A DNA stretch of 64,000 nt from Bacillota bacterium (GTDB lineage: Bacteria; Bacillota; DTU025): the NCBI GenBank assembly GCA_050951805.1, contig JBMNJT010000002.1, positions 992,001 through 1,056,000 of the forward strand. Reading direction: 5' to 3'. The position numbers and the translations under genes are program-made. The notes under the pieces are model-generated. The model searched no databases and was not told the DNA's origin. It saw nothing but the letters and a program-made list of their open reading frames with translations. Positions 62,331-64,000 of this stretch are shown piece by piece (within the stretch, counting starts at the first letter, position 1; every line of letters starts with the position of its first letter).

Positions 62331-64000
62331 ATGGGAAAGACTCTCGTAATAGTGGAGTCGCCAGCTAAAGTAAAGACGTTATCAAAATTCCTTGGGCGCC
62401 AGTATGCACTGAAGGCGTCAGTTGGTCACGTGAGAGACTTGCCTAAGAGCCAGTTGGGAGTGGATGTCGATAATGACTACGCTCCAAAATACATTACGAT
62501 CCGCGGCAAAGGCGATGTGATACGCGACTTGAAGGAGTCCGCGAAAAAGGCAGACAGGATACTCTTGGCCACAGACCCTGATCGTGAGGGAGAGGCTATT
62601 TCGTGGCATCTAGCCTACATACTTGGCGTGGATCCGGAATCAGATTGCCGGATCGAGTTTAACGAGATTACTGAGAACGCTGTCAAGAACGCGATAAAGG
62701 CCCCACGCCCAATCGACATGGGCAGAGTTGAGGCGCAGCAGGCTAGGCGCGTGCTTGACAGGCTTGTTGGATACAAGCTCAGCCCTTTCCTTTGGAAGAA
62801 GGTTCGCCCTGGGCTTTCGGCCGGTCGCGTTCAGTCATCTGCTCTGAAGATAATATGTGATCGCGAGCGCGAGATAGAGGCCTTCGAGTCAGAGGAGTAC
62901 TGGACTCTCGGTGCCGAGCTTTCTCCAAAGCCCAGAGGCCGCAGCTTTGAGGCGAGGTTCATTCCCGAAGAAGACAAGCGTCTTTCGAAGGAAGAGGTAG
63001 ATGCGGTCATTGCTGATTTGGAGGGAGCCGATTACGTAGTAGGGTCGATAAACGTTAGAGACCAGGCCAGAAAGCCGGCGCCTCCCTTCATCACAAGCAC
63101 GCTGCAGCAAGAGGCATTCAGAAAACTGGGGTTTTCAGGCAAACGCACTATGTCAAATGCCCAGGCGCTTTATGAAGGCGTCGAAGTTGCCGGAGAGGGG
63201 CATGTGGCGCTTATCACGTACATGCGCACAGATTCCACTAGGGTAGCCCAGGAGGCGCAGGCAGCTGCCAGAGATTACGTGCGCAAGACGTGGGGAGCGA
63301 AGTATGTTCCGAAATCTCCGAGAGTTTATGCCTCCAGAAAAGGGGCACAGGATGCCCACGAGGCTATCAGGCCTACGTCCGTGGAGCGCACGCCAGAAAG
63401 CCTCAAGGGAAGCCTAGGCCGTGACCAGCTCAGGCTGTATACTCTCATCTGGTCAAGGTTCATGGCCAGCCAGATGTCGGATGCTGTTAACGAGATCACG
63501 TCAGTCGACATATCTGCGGGCGAGCACAGATTCCGCGCAACAGGCCAGAAGGTGAAGTTCGACGGATTCACCGTGATCTACACGGAGGGCCGTGATGATG
63601 AAAGTTCTAAGAACGATGACAAGCGCCAGCTTCCCGCCCTCGAAGTCGGGCAGCGGCTCGATCTGGTGCAGCTCCTCCCAGAGCAGCATTTTACGCAGCC
63701 TCCGCCACGGTATACTGAGGCCACTTTGGTCAAGGAACTGGAAAAACACGGCATTGGGCGCCCAAGCACTTATGCGCCGATAATTGACACTTTGCGAAAA
63801 AGGGACTACGCGACGCTTGACAGGAAACGTTTCGTCCCAACTGAGGTCGGGTTTGCTGTTTGCGATCTCTTGAGCGAGTATTTTCCTTCTGTGGTGGACT
63901 TGGAGTTTACAGCAAAGATGGAGGAAAAGCTAGACAGCATAGAGGAGAACGAAGCTGATTGGGTCAGCGTCACTGACGAGTTCTATAAGCCATTTGCGCA
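62331..64000 (+). CDS. topA: DNA topoisomerase I (truncated at window end)
   Basis: Own translation: MGKTLVIVESPAKVKT, GHVRDLPKS, LATDPDREGEAISWH, SAGRVQS, LITYMRTDS, GIGRPSTYA. Confidence 0.98.
   Translation, partial: MGKTLVIVESPAKVKTLSKFLGRQYALKASVGHVRDLPKSQLGVDVDNDYAPKYITIRGKGDVIRDLKESAKKADRILLATDPDREGEAISWHLAYILGVDPESDCRIEFNEITENAVKNAIKAPRPIDMGRVEAQQARRVLDRLVGYKLSPFLWKKVRPGLSAGRVQSSALKIICDREREIEAFESEEYWTLGAELSPKPRGRSFEARFIPEEDKRLSKEEVDAVIADLEGADYVVGSINVRDQARKPAPPFITSTLQQEAFRKLGFSGKRTMSNAQALYEGVEVAGEGHVALITYMRTDSTRVAQEAQAAARDYVRKTWGAKYVPKSPRVYASRKGAQDAHEAIRPTSVERTPESLKGSLGRDQLRLYTLIWSRFMASQMSDAVNEITSVDISAGEHRFRATGQKVKFDGFTVIYTEGRDDESSKNDDKRQLPALEVGQRLDLVQLLPEQHFTQPPPRYTEATLVKELEKHGIGRPSTYAPIIDTLRKRDYATLDRKRFVPTEVGFAVCDLLSEYFPSVVDLEFTAKMEEKLDSIEENEADWVSVTDEFYKPFA

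Overview
Chromosomal window from an endospore-forming, anaerobic-type Bacillota (Firmicutes) bacterium; the lineage is inferred from gene content (spoVT, spoVS, ylbJ, CIRCE, T-box, rubrerythrin, ppdK). It begins inside a 23S-5S rRNA operon and is mostly conserved core genes: groESL, ruvCAB, recO, glyQS, ppdK, dnaG-rpoD, tRNAs, rnpB, ileS, rpmB-fakA-rsmD-coaD, ackA, rpmF-plsX-acp-rnc-smc-ftsY-ffh, rpsP-rimM-trmD-rplS, lepB-rbgA-rnhB, comM-dprA-topA. The stand-out observation is non-coding: a ~386-nt RNA at 28696-29081, upstream of spoVT, that folds by hand into a six-way star junction. It has five long G-U-rich arms joined by six near-identical GAGCRAA-type linkers, a sigmaG-like promoter just before it and a U-tract just after it. 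I do not recognise it as a known RNA family. Other notable items: an ORF-less group IIC intron remnant after the spoVT terminator, a VmlR-like ABC-F gene with a uORF attenuator, a TPP riboswitch with an extra hairpin in its ligand-binding core, an orphan attenuator before glyQS, a hairpin-split ribosome binding site for rpmF, and plsX-acp without fab genes plus a probable degV remnant. All calls are by eye; no searches or folding programs were run.
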